Counted from the whole stretch's first letter, positions 49,860 through 62,819 are shown. The stretch is 62,819 nucleotides of DNA, filler included, from Hausera hauseri (GCA_046269625.1; 12 parts of 12 records of this genome joined end to end with filler, not necessarily neighbours in it), one strand, 5' to 3'. Made by a program: numbers and translations. The notes: generated by a model from the letters alone, not told the origin.

Positions 49860-52800
49860 TCAATCGTAGTTCTTTGAATTCTTTCGAGGTGGAAGATCTG
49901 GACCGGCCTATGGACCCGACGCGGAGGCAACGGACGCCTGGCGTGTCCAACCAAATGGGCCAGAGGACGCCGGCCGCTGTGGGCACCATATCATCCCCCA
50001 GTGGCAAATTGAAAACTATAAAAGGTACAAGAGACAGAGAAAAAACCGCAAAACGAAAAGGTGTCTGTGTCAGCTGATCTTAGTGTGAACAAGACGGTGG
50101 ATGCCTTCTATCGATTTTTCCATGCTATACTTGCTAAATATGACTCTGCGTGTTTTGTTTTTATGCGATGTGCTTGTTTGCTGAGGTTGAAGTTGGGGAA
50201 AAAATTATCGGATTTTGTTGTGAGTGTTGTATCGTGCGAAGACAAATTAGAATGAACAGAAGAAGAATGTGAAGGAGAAAGAGAAATAGTTGAAGACGGA
50301 TGGTTGCAGGCATTCAAGAAGGTGTTAGAAGACGGAGAAATAATAAAAAGTGTAGTGGCGGATAAAGAAAGAGAGAAAAAAGTTATAGTAGAAGTTGGAA
50401 TAAAATTGTGTGAAAGAGTGGAAGTAGTAGTGGTATTGGAAAGGAAGAGATATAGGGATAGAAGTAATGAAAAGAGGAAATTGCGAAGCGAAAGTGAAAG
50501 GGGTAAAAGGCGATGTGTGAGGCGAAAGGGAGAAAGAAAGCGCAGAAGAGAGAGAAAGAAGACGGCGAAAAGGTACAAAACGGAAGAGAGCAAGAAGATG
50601 GAGAAGGCAAAGGAGAGTAGTTGGAAGGTGGTATGCAAGAGGTTGGAATGACGAAAGGGGTAGATGGCGAGATTGGTGAAGTCAAAGTGGTATTTGATGG
50701 AAGAAGTACTGTAAAAGGAGACAGCAGGTTGTTGTGAGGGAATGAAAGAGGTGTGAAAAGTTTTGAAGGTGCAAAATCGGATGGAGAAAAAGAGGCTGAA
50801 TTGTGAGAAGAATTTGAAGTAGAAGTTTTTGGAGAAAACGTAGGGGAAAGTGGATTGAGAAGTTGAGCAGAGATAGGAGGTGAATTGTTAGATTGCTGCG
50901 CGTCATGTGAAGATGTTGGTGGGGAAATGGCTTCGATGAGAGATGTATCGTCAATGAAGAAAGCCGGTTTAGCGTTGTTGATGTGAACGGTTACTTCTTT
51001 GTCGTCTTTGAGGATGATGATGTTGCGGGAGTGTAACCGAATTACTTTGTAAGGGCCTACATACTGAGATTAGAAACTACACGGCGTGTGATTATTTAAC
51101 CAAACTAACTTGGCAGTATATAAATCGTCGGGTATGTAGGGTTTATTGCCGTGTAATAGTCTACAAAATGAGTCTGCTAATCTCAACGAAGTGTCTCTGT
51201 GCCGCTTGTATGGTTTCGTCTGTAGGAATATTGCCCAGCTCCGTCAGTTCGAATAATGATCTGATGGAAGTGCCAAATAATGCTTCGGCAAGTGAACAGC
51301 ATGTAGAAGTAGATGGTATGTTCCGCCAGCCAAGCAAAACGTACGGAAGGAGTGTGGTCCAACTGCGATTGGACTCAGCAAGAATTTTGAGAGACGTTTT
51401 CATCGTTCGGTAAAAGCGTTCGAGAAGGCCATTCGATTGAGGATGATATTGTGACGTGTCAATGTGGTTAATACATAGTCGATTGACAAGCGCTTTAAAC
51501 AGGTTGGATTCGAACTGTGGACCTTGGTCCGAAATGATGTGGCGAAGTGATCCAAACCTGCTAATCCAAGTGCGGATAAAAACGTCTGCGATGGTCTTTG
51601 TGTTGGTACTCGGAAGTGGGACAGCCTCTGGCCATCGCGAGAATCGGTCCATCATTGTGAGGATGAACTGATGACAGTTGTCTAGGGGTAATGGGACTAC
51701 AAGGTCAATTTGAACAGATTCAAAACGAGACGTGCAGGAAAAATGAAATAGTGGTGGCTTTAGGTGCTTAGTAACTTTGTATTTTTGGCATGCCGCACAC
51801 TGTTTAACTCATGCTTGCACGTCAGCGTGTATCAACGGCCATACTACTTGGCGCTGTAAGAGTCGAAAAGTGCCCTTGGCACCAGGATAATGCAACGAAT
51901 AGATGCTGTTGAGTGCTTCTTTGTTAAGCGATTCAGAAAGGATGACTTTGGGATTATTAGGTTTGAAGGTGTCAAAGGTCACACCGTCGATGGTTTTGCA
52001 CGATTTAAAAGATTTAAGGATGTCAGGAGGTGGCTGGTTTTGCTAATGTTTGGATTGAGGGAAAATTGGTGTAAAATCAATCGAGCTGACCGATCGGGAC
52101 AAAAAGTCAGCTACTAAATTGTCGACTCCGTTTAGGTGCTTAATTACAAAATTAAATGTGGATAAATACGATATTTACCTCTCCTGACGTGGAAAAGGCG
52201 ATTTCACGGTGAGAATTTGAAGCAGGGGCTTGTAATCCGTTTGTATTGTAAAATTTCGTGCAGTTAGTAGATGTTTAAAGTATTTTACGGCAAGGACCAT
52301 TGCAAACGACTCTCAGTCAAAGGTGAAATATCTTTGCTCTTGTGCCGTGAATTTTCGAGAAAAGAATTCCAATGGCTCATGGGATCTATTTCTGACTTGA
52401 TGGAGGAGAGCACCTGCAGCTGTTGTGGATGCATCCGTAGTTAAGAAGAGTTCTGCATGGGAGTCTGTATAGTCCATTGAATAGGCTGTTTTTTCTTGCC
52501 AGAGCTTAATGATTCAAATGGAGCGCTTAGAGTGGAACAGTGCGGAACGTACTTATGGGTAAAGTGCAAGGTTCCGAGGAAAGAACGCATCTCTGTTAAT
52601 ACACGTGGTAGCTGAATGCTTTTGAGCTGTGTGGTGAGCTCTGGCTGAGGTGAATGTCCGGAAGAGCTAATAACATGTCCTACGAAGTTGACCTTATGTT
52701 TAAAAAAGAAGCATTTGGCGAAATTAATTTGCAAATTGTTTTGGTGCAAGCGCTGGAGGATTTGACGTAAATGTTTGGGGTGTTGTTTCGGGGAAGATGA

Positions 52801-53826
52801 TGCAATTAGAATATCATCAATATAGGGATAAGCAAAGTCTAAACCTGGTAGGACTGTATCTATATGCCTTTGGAAGGTCTGAGAAGCGCTACGGAGTCCA
52901 AAAGGCATGAAGTGGTATTCGAAAAGCCGAAAGGTGTAATGACAGTAGTTTTCGGAATATTTGCTGGAGCCACAGGAATTTTATGGCATTCTTTGTGCAA
53001 ATCAATGCAGGAGAAGATGGTTGCACCATAAAGCCTGTGAAGGATATCGTTAATTAATGGTAGAAGGTAGGTATCCATTGTTGTTATGGTGTTAAGTTGG
53101 CGGTAATCACCATATTGGCGAAAAGTACCATCTTTTTTAGAACCACATGTAGTTGTGAAGACCACGGGGATTTGGATCTTGTGATGATTCCTGATCTTTC
53201 TAGTTCGAGAATATCAGCCTCCACTGCCCGTCTGCAACTAGGCGATAGCGGACGGACCTTTTGACGTATTGGTCTCTGATATGCGGTTACTATGTAATGA
53301 AAAGTGGATTGAGGTGGTACAAATGATTTGTCCTTCTGCAACAGACGCGTGCAAAAAGACAAAATGTATTGTTGTAGATCAGAAGGCAACGATGAAGAGT
53401 TATCAAATGGTGTCGATGCATCGTGATTGGATGCAGTTGAGGTATGAGTTATAGAAAAGGTGTTATGACTGGTGGTATTTGGTGCAGGATGTTTGTGTTG
53501 AAGATGGTGTTGGCATCTGTGCTATTAGTAATAGGTGCCATGCAGTTGGCAATATCGTATTTGTCACCATAATAAAAATTTCTGTACAATAAGTGATTAT
53601 GAAAATAATTTAAATCGGAAGACGTTTTTTTCAGTATCGACTTGCTGGACGCGATCGCCGGGGTGGTCACCGAAATTTTGCTAATTTTGTTAAGATTATT
53701 TTTGCATTTTAAGGAACATTGTTTGCAATCTACAAGTAAATTGTAGTGGGACAAAAAATCTGAACCCAATATAGGTGTGCATACATTGGATACTGTAAAT
53801 TTCCATGTGAGTGTGTTTGGGAGGTG
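49860..53826 (-). mobile_element. CsRn1-like gypsy element: protease end, RT, RNase H, integrase, S/T/P-rich tail, polypurine tract and start of 3' LTR
   Basis: GSDFL; GDYRQLN; MPFGLRSASQTFQR; YIDDILI; MDRFSRWPEAVP; YVGPY. On the minus strand the purine tract GGGGGATGATA (about 49989-49999) is followed by TG and a GC-rich LTR-like segment. Confidence 0.9.
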
Positions 53827-53926
53827 NNNNNNNNNNNNNNNNNNNNNNNNNNNNNNNNNNNNNNNNNNNNTTAATTAATTAANNNNNNNNNNNNNNNNNN
53901 NNNNNNNNNNNNNNNNNNNNNNNNNN

Positions 53927-56106
53927 ACAACGATAGGTTTGGTTTCCGATAGGTATTGACCATATTGTTCTAACGCGTAGACTATCGCAAGTAATTCACG
54001 TTCAATCGTTTAATAGTTTTTCTTATGTTTTCTTAGCTTCCTTCCTCCAAACGATATAGGATGTTCTTGTCCTTGATCGTCCTTTTGCGACAAGACAACT
54101 CCAATTCCTACTTTGCTTGCGTCCGTTGCTAAGAAATATGGTTTGTTTAATTTGTACATCATTTTGCTGCTTTTGTAATAATGATTTCTCTTGTCCAGTA
54201 ATACTCCATATAGCTGCTATGACACCTGGTTTATTTATAGATTCTTCTTCAATTTGATCTACATCCTCCGGTATTCTCGACATATAATCTGCATTAGCAT
54301 TAGCTTTTCCTATTTTGTATTCAAATTTCAGATTATATGGTTGAAGCAACATGGCCCATTTCATTAGTCGACTATTTGGATTCTTGTGATTTTTCAACCA
54401 CTGTAGGGGTTTATGATCAGTGTAAACAACAATACGTTTAGTTTCTGATAAATACTGGCCATATTGTTCTAAAGCATAAACTATCGCAAGTAATTCTCGT
54501 TCAATTGTCGAGTAATTCCTTTCATGCTTTCTTAGCTTTCTTCCTCCAAAGGATATAGGGTGTTCTTGTCCTTGGTCATCCTTTTGTGACAAGACAACTC
54601 CAATTCCGACCTTACTTGCATCCGTAGCTAGAAAGTATGGTTTTGACATATTTGGGTACGCTAATATAGGTGGGGCTAACAGGTTGTCCTTTAACTGTTG
54701 GTAGGCTTTTTGACATTCCTGGGTCCAAATGGGTTTAGAATTTTCTTGTAGCAATGAGTGCAACGGTGAAGCTATTTGTTGATAATCTTTGACAAATTTT
54801 CGATAATAGCCGGTGAGGCCAAGAAACTTTCGAACTCCTTTAACCGTTTTTGGGACTGGGAAATCTTGTATTTTGTTTATTTTACCAATCTGAGGACTAA
54901 TGCCTTCTTGGCTTACTGTGTGGCCCAAAAAGTCTACTTTAGTTCGAGCAAAACAACACTTTTTTAAACTGATTTTGATCCCTAAAAGTGCGCATCTCTC
55001 CAACATGTCTTTGAGATGTTCTTTGTGCTGTTTATAGTTAGTTGATGCAATTATTACATCATCTACATAGCACATTATATGTGGCGCATCCATCGTAATT
55101 ATATCCATAGCAGTTTGGAATGTTGCTGGAGCATTTTTCATTCCAAATGCCATCCGGTTAAATTCATAATGACCGTCTGCAGTTACAAAAGCTGTCTTTT
55201 GTTTATCCTCTTCTTGAACTTCTATTTGCCAAAATCCTTTTTGTAAGTCCAATGTGGTGAATAACATTTTATCTTTTAACTTATCTAATATTTCATCGAT
55301 TCTAGGTAACGGATAGGTGTTATCCACTGTTACCTCGTTCAGAGCACGATAATCTACACACATTCTAATAGATCCATCTTTCTTTTGTACCATCACAATA
55401 GGTGCTGCCCATGGTGAATTACTTGGTCGTATTATATCGTGTTGTTTCATCTCAGCTATTATTTATTTTGCTCTTTCTCTCTTGTCATAATTGAGCCTGT
55501 ATGATCTATTTTTAATAGGGGTCTCCATTCCTTGTTTTAGTTTGATTTCATGCTTAATGACTGGTATTATTCCAATATCATATTCGTCTACGGCAAGTAC
55601 ATTTTCGTATTGGTGCAATGTTTTTATTATGCCTTCTTTCTCTACATCCGTTAATGTACTATCTTTTCCAAACAAATTATCATCATTCCAATTAATAGGA
55701 GTCTTGACGAGTTTTGTTATTTTCTTATTTTTGTTAAGATGGCTTTCCAATTTATTTATTGACTCGTTTTCTAATCGTATCCCGATTTCTTTTCGTGGGC
55801 TGTATCGTTGTTTTTCCATGAATTCTAACAATTCCTGTACGGTAAAAACAATATTTTCTGTTGCGTTATTGCCAATATCTTTTATGATATATAGATAGGC
55901 AATTCTTGTGCCTTTTCTCAATAATTTTGGTCTATTGGAAGTATTAGCTATTCGAACAATTACTTGTTGTTCACGAATATTGTCAATCGTATGCGCAGTC
56001 CATAATTCATTTTTATTCATGAAGTTTACATTTGGTTCAATGTATACACTTCCTTCGTCTTGACCCTCTACTACAGCATTAAGCACAACTTCTGTCCTGG
56101 CTGGTA
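53927..56106 (-). mobile_element. Ty3/gypsy pol (inter-domain beta region, RT, RNase H) with a partial second RNase H copy
   Basis: SPWAAPIVMVQKKDGSIRMCVDYRALN; YVDDVII; FLGLTGYYRKF; TDASKVGIG; YSTIERELLA; NANADYMSR. One in-frame TAA at 55463-55465. Confidence 0.95.
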
Positions 56107-58727
56107 TTAGTACATCTTCTTTAATAGATACGGTGTCTTTTTTCTCTTTCTTAATTTTTTATATGGTTGAATTTGTTGAGTTTCCAGATTTATACACATA
56201 TCTTTCAATTTTGCTAGCGCATCACATCCAAGTATAGCCTCAGCTACTAATTCATCGGCTATTCTAAATTCCTGTTCAAATTTTTGATTAAGGACTTTTG
56301 TCTCACATTTAATTAAATCTTTCACTTGTACCTTAGTTCCAAACGCTCCGACGTTTGTGATATCTTCTGTGGGTTTTTGTAACTTTTTCTTCAATTGCTC
56401 CGGCAATTGTTTTCGTGAAATCATTGAGGCTGATGCTCCTGTATCGATTATTGCAGTGATGGGGTATCCATCTATCCAAATTACCGTTCTGGGTATTACT
56501 TTACCTCCGTCTATACTGGTTATCAACGCTTCTTTTGGGGCTGATGGATAAAACATGAGCTTCATATGCTTTGGGTCATAATTGTCTACATCGCTTGAAC
56601 AATGTATATCTATATATTCATTAGGAATAAAATGTTGCTGTTCCAAAGGATATTCATGCCACCTTCTCTCTTGCGGAATATCTGACAATGAGGTTCGTCG
56701 TTTCTTACTTCTAGCAGTAATTAAACTCCACGTTCTTTTAGTATCTTCAATCGGTTTAGATTTCTTCTCCTTTGTCCTCTTTGGTAGAGGTTTATTTTTA
56801 TCATTATTATCATCTTCATCTTTTTCATCCTTATTCTTATTTTTCTGTTTCCATTCAGCGTCCTTCTTAATCAAAAAGCAACTAGCTAGAAATGGAATCA
56901 GTGCATAAATAATCCTCCATGTACATCCAACGGCTTGTTTAATACCATATCTTTTAGTTATCATGGTCAATATCGCTTTTACAAAGGCGAAAATATAAAA
57001 TCCTAACCATCCAGAATTGAATTGACCAAACCACATGTACCATCCCCATGCGGTTGCAAATATATCCTTAGCTATTTTCTTTGCATACTCCGGTCCCATC
57101 AAATTTTCCCAGTTAGCTTTACCCGTATGATCGGCTAACACTTTCATTGCCATCTCTGTTAGAACCTTCTGTCTCTGTTGAGGGAACATCATCATTCTTC
57201 TGTGATTTTCCATATCTTGTTCAGAGTACACGCCCATTTTTACTAGGTCTGTTAATGGCTTATACGTTTGTTCAGTTTTTAAATTGATTAAACTAATCCT
57301 CCGGGGTGGCGTAATCTGCTCCTTCTTAGGCATCCTTATCCACAAGTTGTCGCTTAATCGAAATGCTGGCGACATAGTGTATGTGCAATTTTGATGTACA
57401 TATGGTTTCTCCATCGGATCTAATAATATACGAGTAATGGGTTGTAAGAAACGCGGCTTTTCTTTGTACCAAACAGGTAGCTCCATAGTGCAATCAGTGG
57501 TTGGTCGTAATTTGACAGCTACCTTGGTACACTCGAAAGTTACAAGCGTTTCACCCATTGTTCGAGCGAATTTGCCTTCTGCATCAGGAGATTCAGCTGG
57601 ATCCTTTATTATTCCGTCCGTTATTGCTGACAGATATATCCGATTTCTGATTATCTCCCTATTCAGTTTACAATCATTTAATATTATCTCTCGATACATG
57701 GCATAGATGTTTTCCTGCTGAAAGTGATAAATAAAATCAATTTTGTTGTCAAAATAAAGATGAGGCTTCACTTCCGATTTATCAATCTTCCTTTTGGCTT
57801 TTATTACTTCTGTTGTAGATAAGAATATTCCTTTATAATTTGTTCGAAATACTGTGTGATCACATCTTCTAGTGTCACTCTCCAATTTAAATCTCATCCC
57901 ATCCCGAGGGTTTGCTGAATATACTATGGTAGGAGTTTCAATCATATCTGATACCCGATCTAATCTGCTCTTAGATATCTCTTCTTTGTACATCCGTCCT
58001 TTTGTTTCATTAAACTTTCCTACTTTCAGTAGAACTAACTGACATTGATCTCGGTCAACTTCATATGACATGATTGATTCTCCAGTGTCACATTCTTTAT
58101 TATAGTAATCACATTCGGGAAATGTCATCATCTTTCCTGAAGATAATTCAAAGAGGGCATCGTATTCTCTCAACTCAACTTGATAATCTTCAATAACCAC
58201 TATATTATCTAAAATTTCACCATTAATATTATAAGATTCACCTTTACAATATCCCGTCTTATCGATTGTCCCAGCCACAAAAATTCTTTTATTAATGATT
58301 TTTCCTTTCTGAGCTTTCAATCTAATATTACCAATGCTAATCTGTTTTGTCACAAAGGCCTCTATGCACATTCGTTTACTTATAGGAAGTGGTTCAAATG
58401 GAGTAGTTGGTTCGACTATTGCAGAATTTCGATACCAATAACCACAAATGAAATAAAAATGATTTTTCCGAACAAAACATTCCTTCACTTTAGTCTTTAC
58501 AAACTCTGATTCCTGATAGACATAATATTGTTTTTCGGATATCGTAGTCAATGACGCTGGATTAGCAAATGGACATTTTTCTAAGTCCAACAAGGAATAT
58601 ATTGGGCCTTCTTTAGCTTGGCTACAATCATAAGCAATAATTGAGAGTGCTTTTGGCATCAGGCTAAATAAAAGAAGTATAGGTATAACTTTAGTTAGCC
58701 ATGATAAATCAAAATCCGGTTGTTGAT
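56107..58727 (-). CDS. Chuvirus-like (class III) envelope glycoprotein fused in frame to retroviral aspartic protease; ORF open to contig end
   Basis: Upstream frame reads QQPDFDLSWLTKVIPILLLFSLMPKALS|IIAYDC. The AYDC...SLLD..KC start, Cys pattern, GETLVTFECTKVAVKLR...CTMELPV...FLQPITRIL, GVYSEQD and C-terminal hydrophobic region recall chuviral G. Then AIIDTGASASMI and ILGCDAL (protease). Confidence 0.8.
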
Positions 58728-59299
58728 NNNNNNNNNNNNNNNNNNNNNNNNNNNNNNNNNNNNNNNNNNNNTTAATTAATTAANNNNNNNNNNNNNNNNN
58801 NNNNNNNNNNNNNNNNNNNNNNNNNNNAAAAATGCACTTGCTGATATAGTAATTTGACCAAAATTAAAACAAAATTGTTCTTTTCTCGCTGACCATTCTG
58901 TGTAGTCTTCATATATGAATCCATGTTCAATTTCTCCAGAATTACCACATAAAATAATTCTCACGCGCTTCTCTAGGGTATTATGTATGCTTATATACAT
59001 TCAAAGACGTACTATCTGGACTTTCTCGTTGATATTTTCGATCAGGATAATCATAACTTTGATGAGAATTGCTGCACCAACTCATGTTAAAATCCATTTC
59101 GTTTTTTAGCACATTGCTACTTTTGTTTACCACACGATATGGCTTCATATGACGGGGATAACCAATAAGTACCAATTCGCCCAATCGGGGATGAAAAATG
59201 AGTACCAATTTCGATTCACCCAACTGTCAAATTGACTTTTATTTTAACGCATTAACTTAATTAAGTGGGAAGGATGGTTTGCTCCAGAATGCCCATTTT

Positions 59300-59630
59300 C
59301 CCACTACTCGAACAATCTCAGCAGTCCAGTAGCAAATCATTTTTTGATAGCCTCAAAAAATCACTGTGAATCAGTTCACGACGAGTAACACATTTTGTAA
59401 CGAAAGCTAATATTTTGGATGAAGAGAAATTGATCGAAGATGCAAAGGAAGATGCAACTGAAATTAATGAATACTGTACTAATGAAAAATTGAGTATCAT
59501 TTTGTTTTTAATAATGACCAAAGTAAATTTGAGTGCGAAATGGTTTGTGATCGTACATATAAAAGAATAGGTACTAAACATGTACAGTCTCTAGTTGTTG
59601 ATAAGAATTTAATTTCACATTCTTTTATAC
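59300..59630 (+). pseudogene. pogo/Tc1-mariner superfamily DDE transposase fragment
   Basis: ISSRRVTHFVTK...DEEKLIEDAK, then FNNDQSKFECEMVCDRTYKRIGTKHVQSLVVDKNLISHSF, like the N-x-DQ first catalytic motif of CENPB-HTH pogo-like transposases. Confidence 0.6.
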
Positions 59631-62063
59631 GCTTCTTGAAAATGTGACATTTGGCGAAATTAATCTTCAGGTTATGCTAGTGTAAACGTTGAAAGATTGA
59701 TCTGAGGTGTTCCTGGTGTTGTTGGGTTGAAGAAGAAACGACTAAAATGTCATCATTATAAGGATGAGCATAAGAAAAATCAGAAAAAATAGCATAGATG
59801 CGGCGTCGATAGGTCTGTGCAGCGTTCCTCAGACCGAAAGGCATGTGTAGATATTCATAAAGGCCAAAAGGAGTGGTCACGGCTATTTTTTCGATATCCT
59901 CAGGTGCCACATGAATTTGGTTGTAGGTTTTGGCTAAACCAGTGGTAGAATAAATTGTGGTGGAATTGAGACGGTGTAAGATATTCTTAATGAATAGCAG
60001 CGAGTATGCATCCATTATGGTCAAAGTGTTCAACGGACGATAATCACCGCATGGTGTAAAAGTTCCATCCCTTTTTTGCACGACATATAAAGGCGACGAC
60101 CATGAGGATTTGGAGCGATGTACTATGCCGGAGCGTTTGAGATCTAGAAATTTGGTTTAAACGGCCTGTCTATGACGCGAAGATAATGGACGCATTTTTT
60201 GGCGATAGGTCTTTGATGTTGTTACAATGTAGTGAAAAGTGGTATTTTCTGGCGTAAAAGACCTATCTTTTTAAATTACTCGAGAACAAGATAAGTTAAT
60301 TAATTGCTGCAGATTTGCAGGTAATTGTGAAAGGTTTGGTGAAAGCAGGGCTGTTTTATCAGTAACTGTTGCAATTTGGACGTTATTTGGTGATTTAAAA
60401 TGAAGTGGTATTGAATATAGGATTGCAGTATTAAAGATGATATTGTAGGTTTTGGTATTATCTAGTGATTTGGCAGTGGCGATAGAATCACGCTCATCGT
60501 CGTTCAATCGTCATCAATGTTTTTCTTCAATAATTTACAAAACAAATGACCATCAGTTGAAATGGTATCAACTTGATCGATTTGCTCTTTGTTGTATCCA
60601 CTTGTTAAACAACGTTGTTTGCAATTAACAAGGAGGTTATCGTGTGATAGAAAGTCGGACTCTAAAGTGGCTGTTTGGACGTTTGCAACAGTAAAATACC
60701 GTTGTTATTTTGATATTTTGGTGTGCAAAATCGGCATCAATGATGATATTTTTGTACTTTATCAATAAATCTGTCATGGTAAAAGCAGAACAACAATCGT
60801 GCGGGCGAAGACGACCGACCTCTGGGTACGGAGCGGGTGCGATCGGGTCCAAAACCCTTTCGTTGTGTCATAGAGATTTCATTTAATCTATCGTTAGTAT
60901 TATTAAATGTAGTATGTATGGTCGCGTTTTCGGCTCGCAACTGTTATATTTGGTTTTCTAATGTGTTATCCTTTGTTGTAAGCGCTGCAGAAATAATAAG
61001 TTGTTTGTTTAGGTGTAAAATTTCGTAGGCTTTTATCTGAAAGTTCAGCTAGTTTTTCTAGCGTCGTTGGTTTCTCGACGACGGTAAGCAAGGCCCTAAT
61101 TTGACTGGGTAAAGCGTTAAACCAGTAAGTTCTCAAAAGGTCAGGGTTGTGTCGTGTGATGACACCCAAAGTTTGCAGATTATTCAATAAGGTGCGAAGA
61201 ATGTCGGATTGCTTTTGGGTACCCAAAGCGTTATCGTTGAAGAAACGTTGAATTATTGTACCTATGGATGGTTCGGTGAGTTTGAAAATTGCATTTTACA
61301 GCTGTGTATATGGATTAGCGTGTTGGAATATCTCGAGTAGATTGTGTATAGGCATTTTGATGTTGCCAGGTAAAAGAAATAGAAGGCTGTTGGGCTTAGC
61401 CAGAGACTGGGTAATGTCAGAAGATTGCAGATAAAATTGGTGGAACTGTAACCAAGTTTTACTGGAATCTTGGTTGTCAGTAATAAAGTCTGTACATTTG
61501 GAAGATGCTAAACGTGTGTTGAAAGTTGAAGGAATAGTGCTAATAAGAGTGATGGCATTGGAGGATGTAATGGAAATTGTTGGTTTTGTAAGATAATTAA
61601 CATGTATTGATTTACTAGTAAGTTTGCCAGTGGTATTTATTGTTGGAGACGAGTTCATGCCGCCACAGATGCGAGTGTATATGGAGGTAAATAAGGAGTA
61701 AAGAAAAGTTTAGAATTTCAGAGATAGGTATGCTAGAGCCGTTGTGTGTGATATAGAAATTGGATGAGCAAATAAAAGTACAGGTGGCGTTGTAAATGTC
61801 TGTAGTGTTTATGTACGATGTTTTAATTGTGTAGACATGTTCATTATTTAAAAATAGAAAAGGGAAAATGGGGTGAATTTATAGCCAGGAGCGTGTAGTG
61901 AGGCCCAGGCGAACGATGTCGTCCAACCGCCTGGCCTAAGGCCGGCGACCGGGAAAACGTTCCCACCGTCACGGACCACAAATTTCGGAATGATCCCAAC
62001 CCATTCGGCGAGTTCGGCTGGATAAACAGAGGCTATCATAGGCGTTTTCGGTTTTATGTTTGG
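59630..62063 (-). mobile_element. CsRn1-like gypsy element 5' half (leader, gag, partly deleted protease, RT)
   Basis: Gag LLRTYWFNALPSQIRALL...LAELSDK; CFYHDRF knuckle; RT CGDYRPLN, TTPFGLYEYLHMPFGLRNAAQT, YNDDILV; GC-rich leader or LTR-like stretch 61880-62063. Confidence 0.88.
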
Positions 62064-62275
62064 NNNNNNNNNNNNNNNNNNNNNNNNNNNNNNNNNNNNN
62101 NNNNNNNNNNNNNNNNNNNNNNNNNNNNNNNNNNNNNNNNNNNNNNNNNNNNNNNNNNNNNNNNNNNNNNNNNNNNNNNNNNNNNNNNNNNNNNNNNNNN
62201 NNNNNNNNNNNNNNNNNNNNNNNNNNNNNNNNNNNNNNNNNNNNNNNNNNNNNNNNNNNNNNNNNNNNNNNNNNN

Positions 62276-62819
62276 CCGTTTTACTCGGTACTGTAATGGC
62301 AAATTTATAACTGTGAACAGTAAGAATGACAGATTCAAACATGATTGGTGTCGTAGGGGAATTCGCATCGACCACTACACTGTTAAATTTAATTAATGAT
62401 TTTTGAGGGTTGATAGTGGTCACTAAACTTGATAGGGTAATTAGGCTGTTTAGAGCCATGATGAATTCACGCATTCGTAACATTGAAACACTGGAAAGTT
62501 GAACAATATACAGTTTTACTTTTCCAGAACTAAAGAGGATTAGAACTGAATCGGATGTTGTGTTGATTGTAACCGTTGTATTATTTATAAATTTGATATG
62601 CGTGAAGAAATCATTAAACACGGCAAGAGCACTTATTAAGGTACAACCCGATTCATCAGCAGTGGAATCGGAACCTGGACCAAGTTTTGTTGAGAAACTA
62701 GCAGCGATAATGGTTATCGTGTTTGAACTAAATACCCTTATGGTGTTAGTAACAAAACTGAAAAGTTGAATGTCGTGATCGTAATTAGCGATTGTAAAAC
62801 GAAAATGAGTTAAAATGTT
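62276..62819 (-). CDS. Open reading frame fragment, possibly a degenerate RNase H-like fold
   Basis: Frame appears open across the segment. SFSTKLGPGSDSTADESG...ISAL...VTINTTSDSVLILF loosely follows RNase HI spacing. Confidence 0.25.

Noticed and set aside
50304-50651. Arg/Lys/Glu-rich plus-strand ORF, and the Leu/Phe-rich ORF at 43496-43906
   Set aside because: Alternative-frame readings of the purine-skewed low-complexity retroelement tail.
56107-56165. Programmed -1 frameshift at A AAA AAG between protease and the rest of pol
   Set aside because: The heptamer is in the right phase, but a single-base loss in an A run is equally likely. The element has another lesion (TAA at 55463) and this heptamer is weak in eukaryotes. 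Needs sibling copies.
4123-58827. Regularly recurring TTAATTAATTAA palindrome as a biological repeat or CRISPR-like array
   Set aside because: Always centred in exactly 44+44 N; it is a synthetic six-frame-stop contig joiner.

Overview
The window is not one locus. It is 12 short contigs (about 4-8 kb) joined by artificial 100-bp linkers (44 N + TTAATTAATTAA + 44 N), so adjacency across linkers means nothing. Most contigs look like repeat-rich DNA from an AT-rich animal genome. They hold decayed Ty3/gypsy LTR retrotransposons of several families (including five CsRn1-like fragments), decayed Maverick/Polinton (adintovirus-like) modules (packaging ATPase, minor and major capsid, pPolB, termini ending ACTACT), and a pogo-like transposase remnant. 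Host-type sequences are a type IV collagen gene with 41-48 nt introns and broken KIF7/KIF27-like and DYRK1-like fragments. One contig (13122-18859) is an intact, compact podovirus-type head module, probably from a bacterial associate. The most interesting signals are gypsy elements with unusual membrane-protein cargo. (1) A chuvirus-like glycoprotein is fused in frame upstream of the protease (56107-58727). (2) Two diverged paralogous elements continue from integrase through an internal signal peptide into a Cys-rich, FN3-like type I membrane protein, then a conserved splice acceptor and a conserved orphan ORF (23231-24853 and 39460-41824). (3) A long antisense ORF with a retropepsin-like start lies behind another integrase (11418-13021). 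All family calls come from motif recognition by eye; no database search was run.
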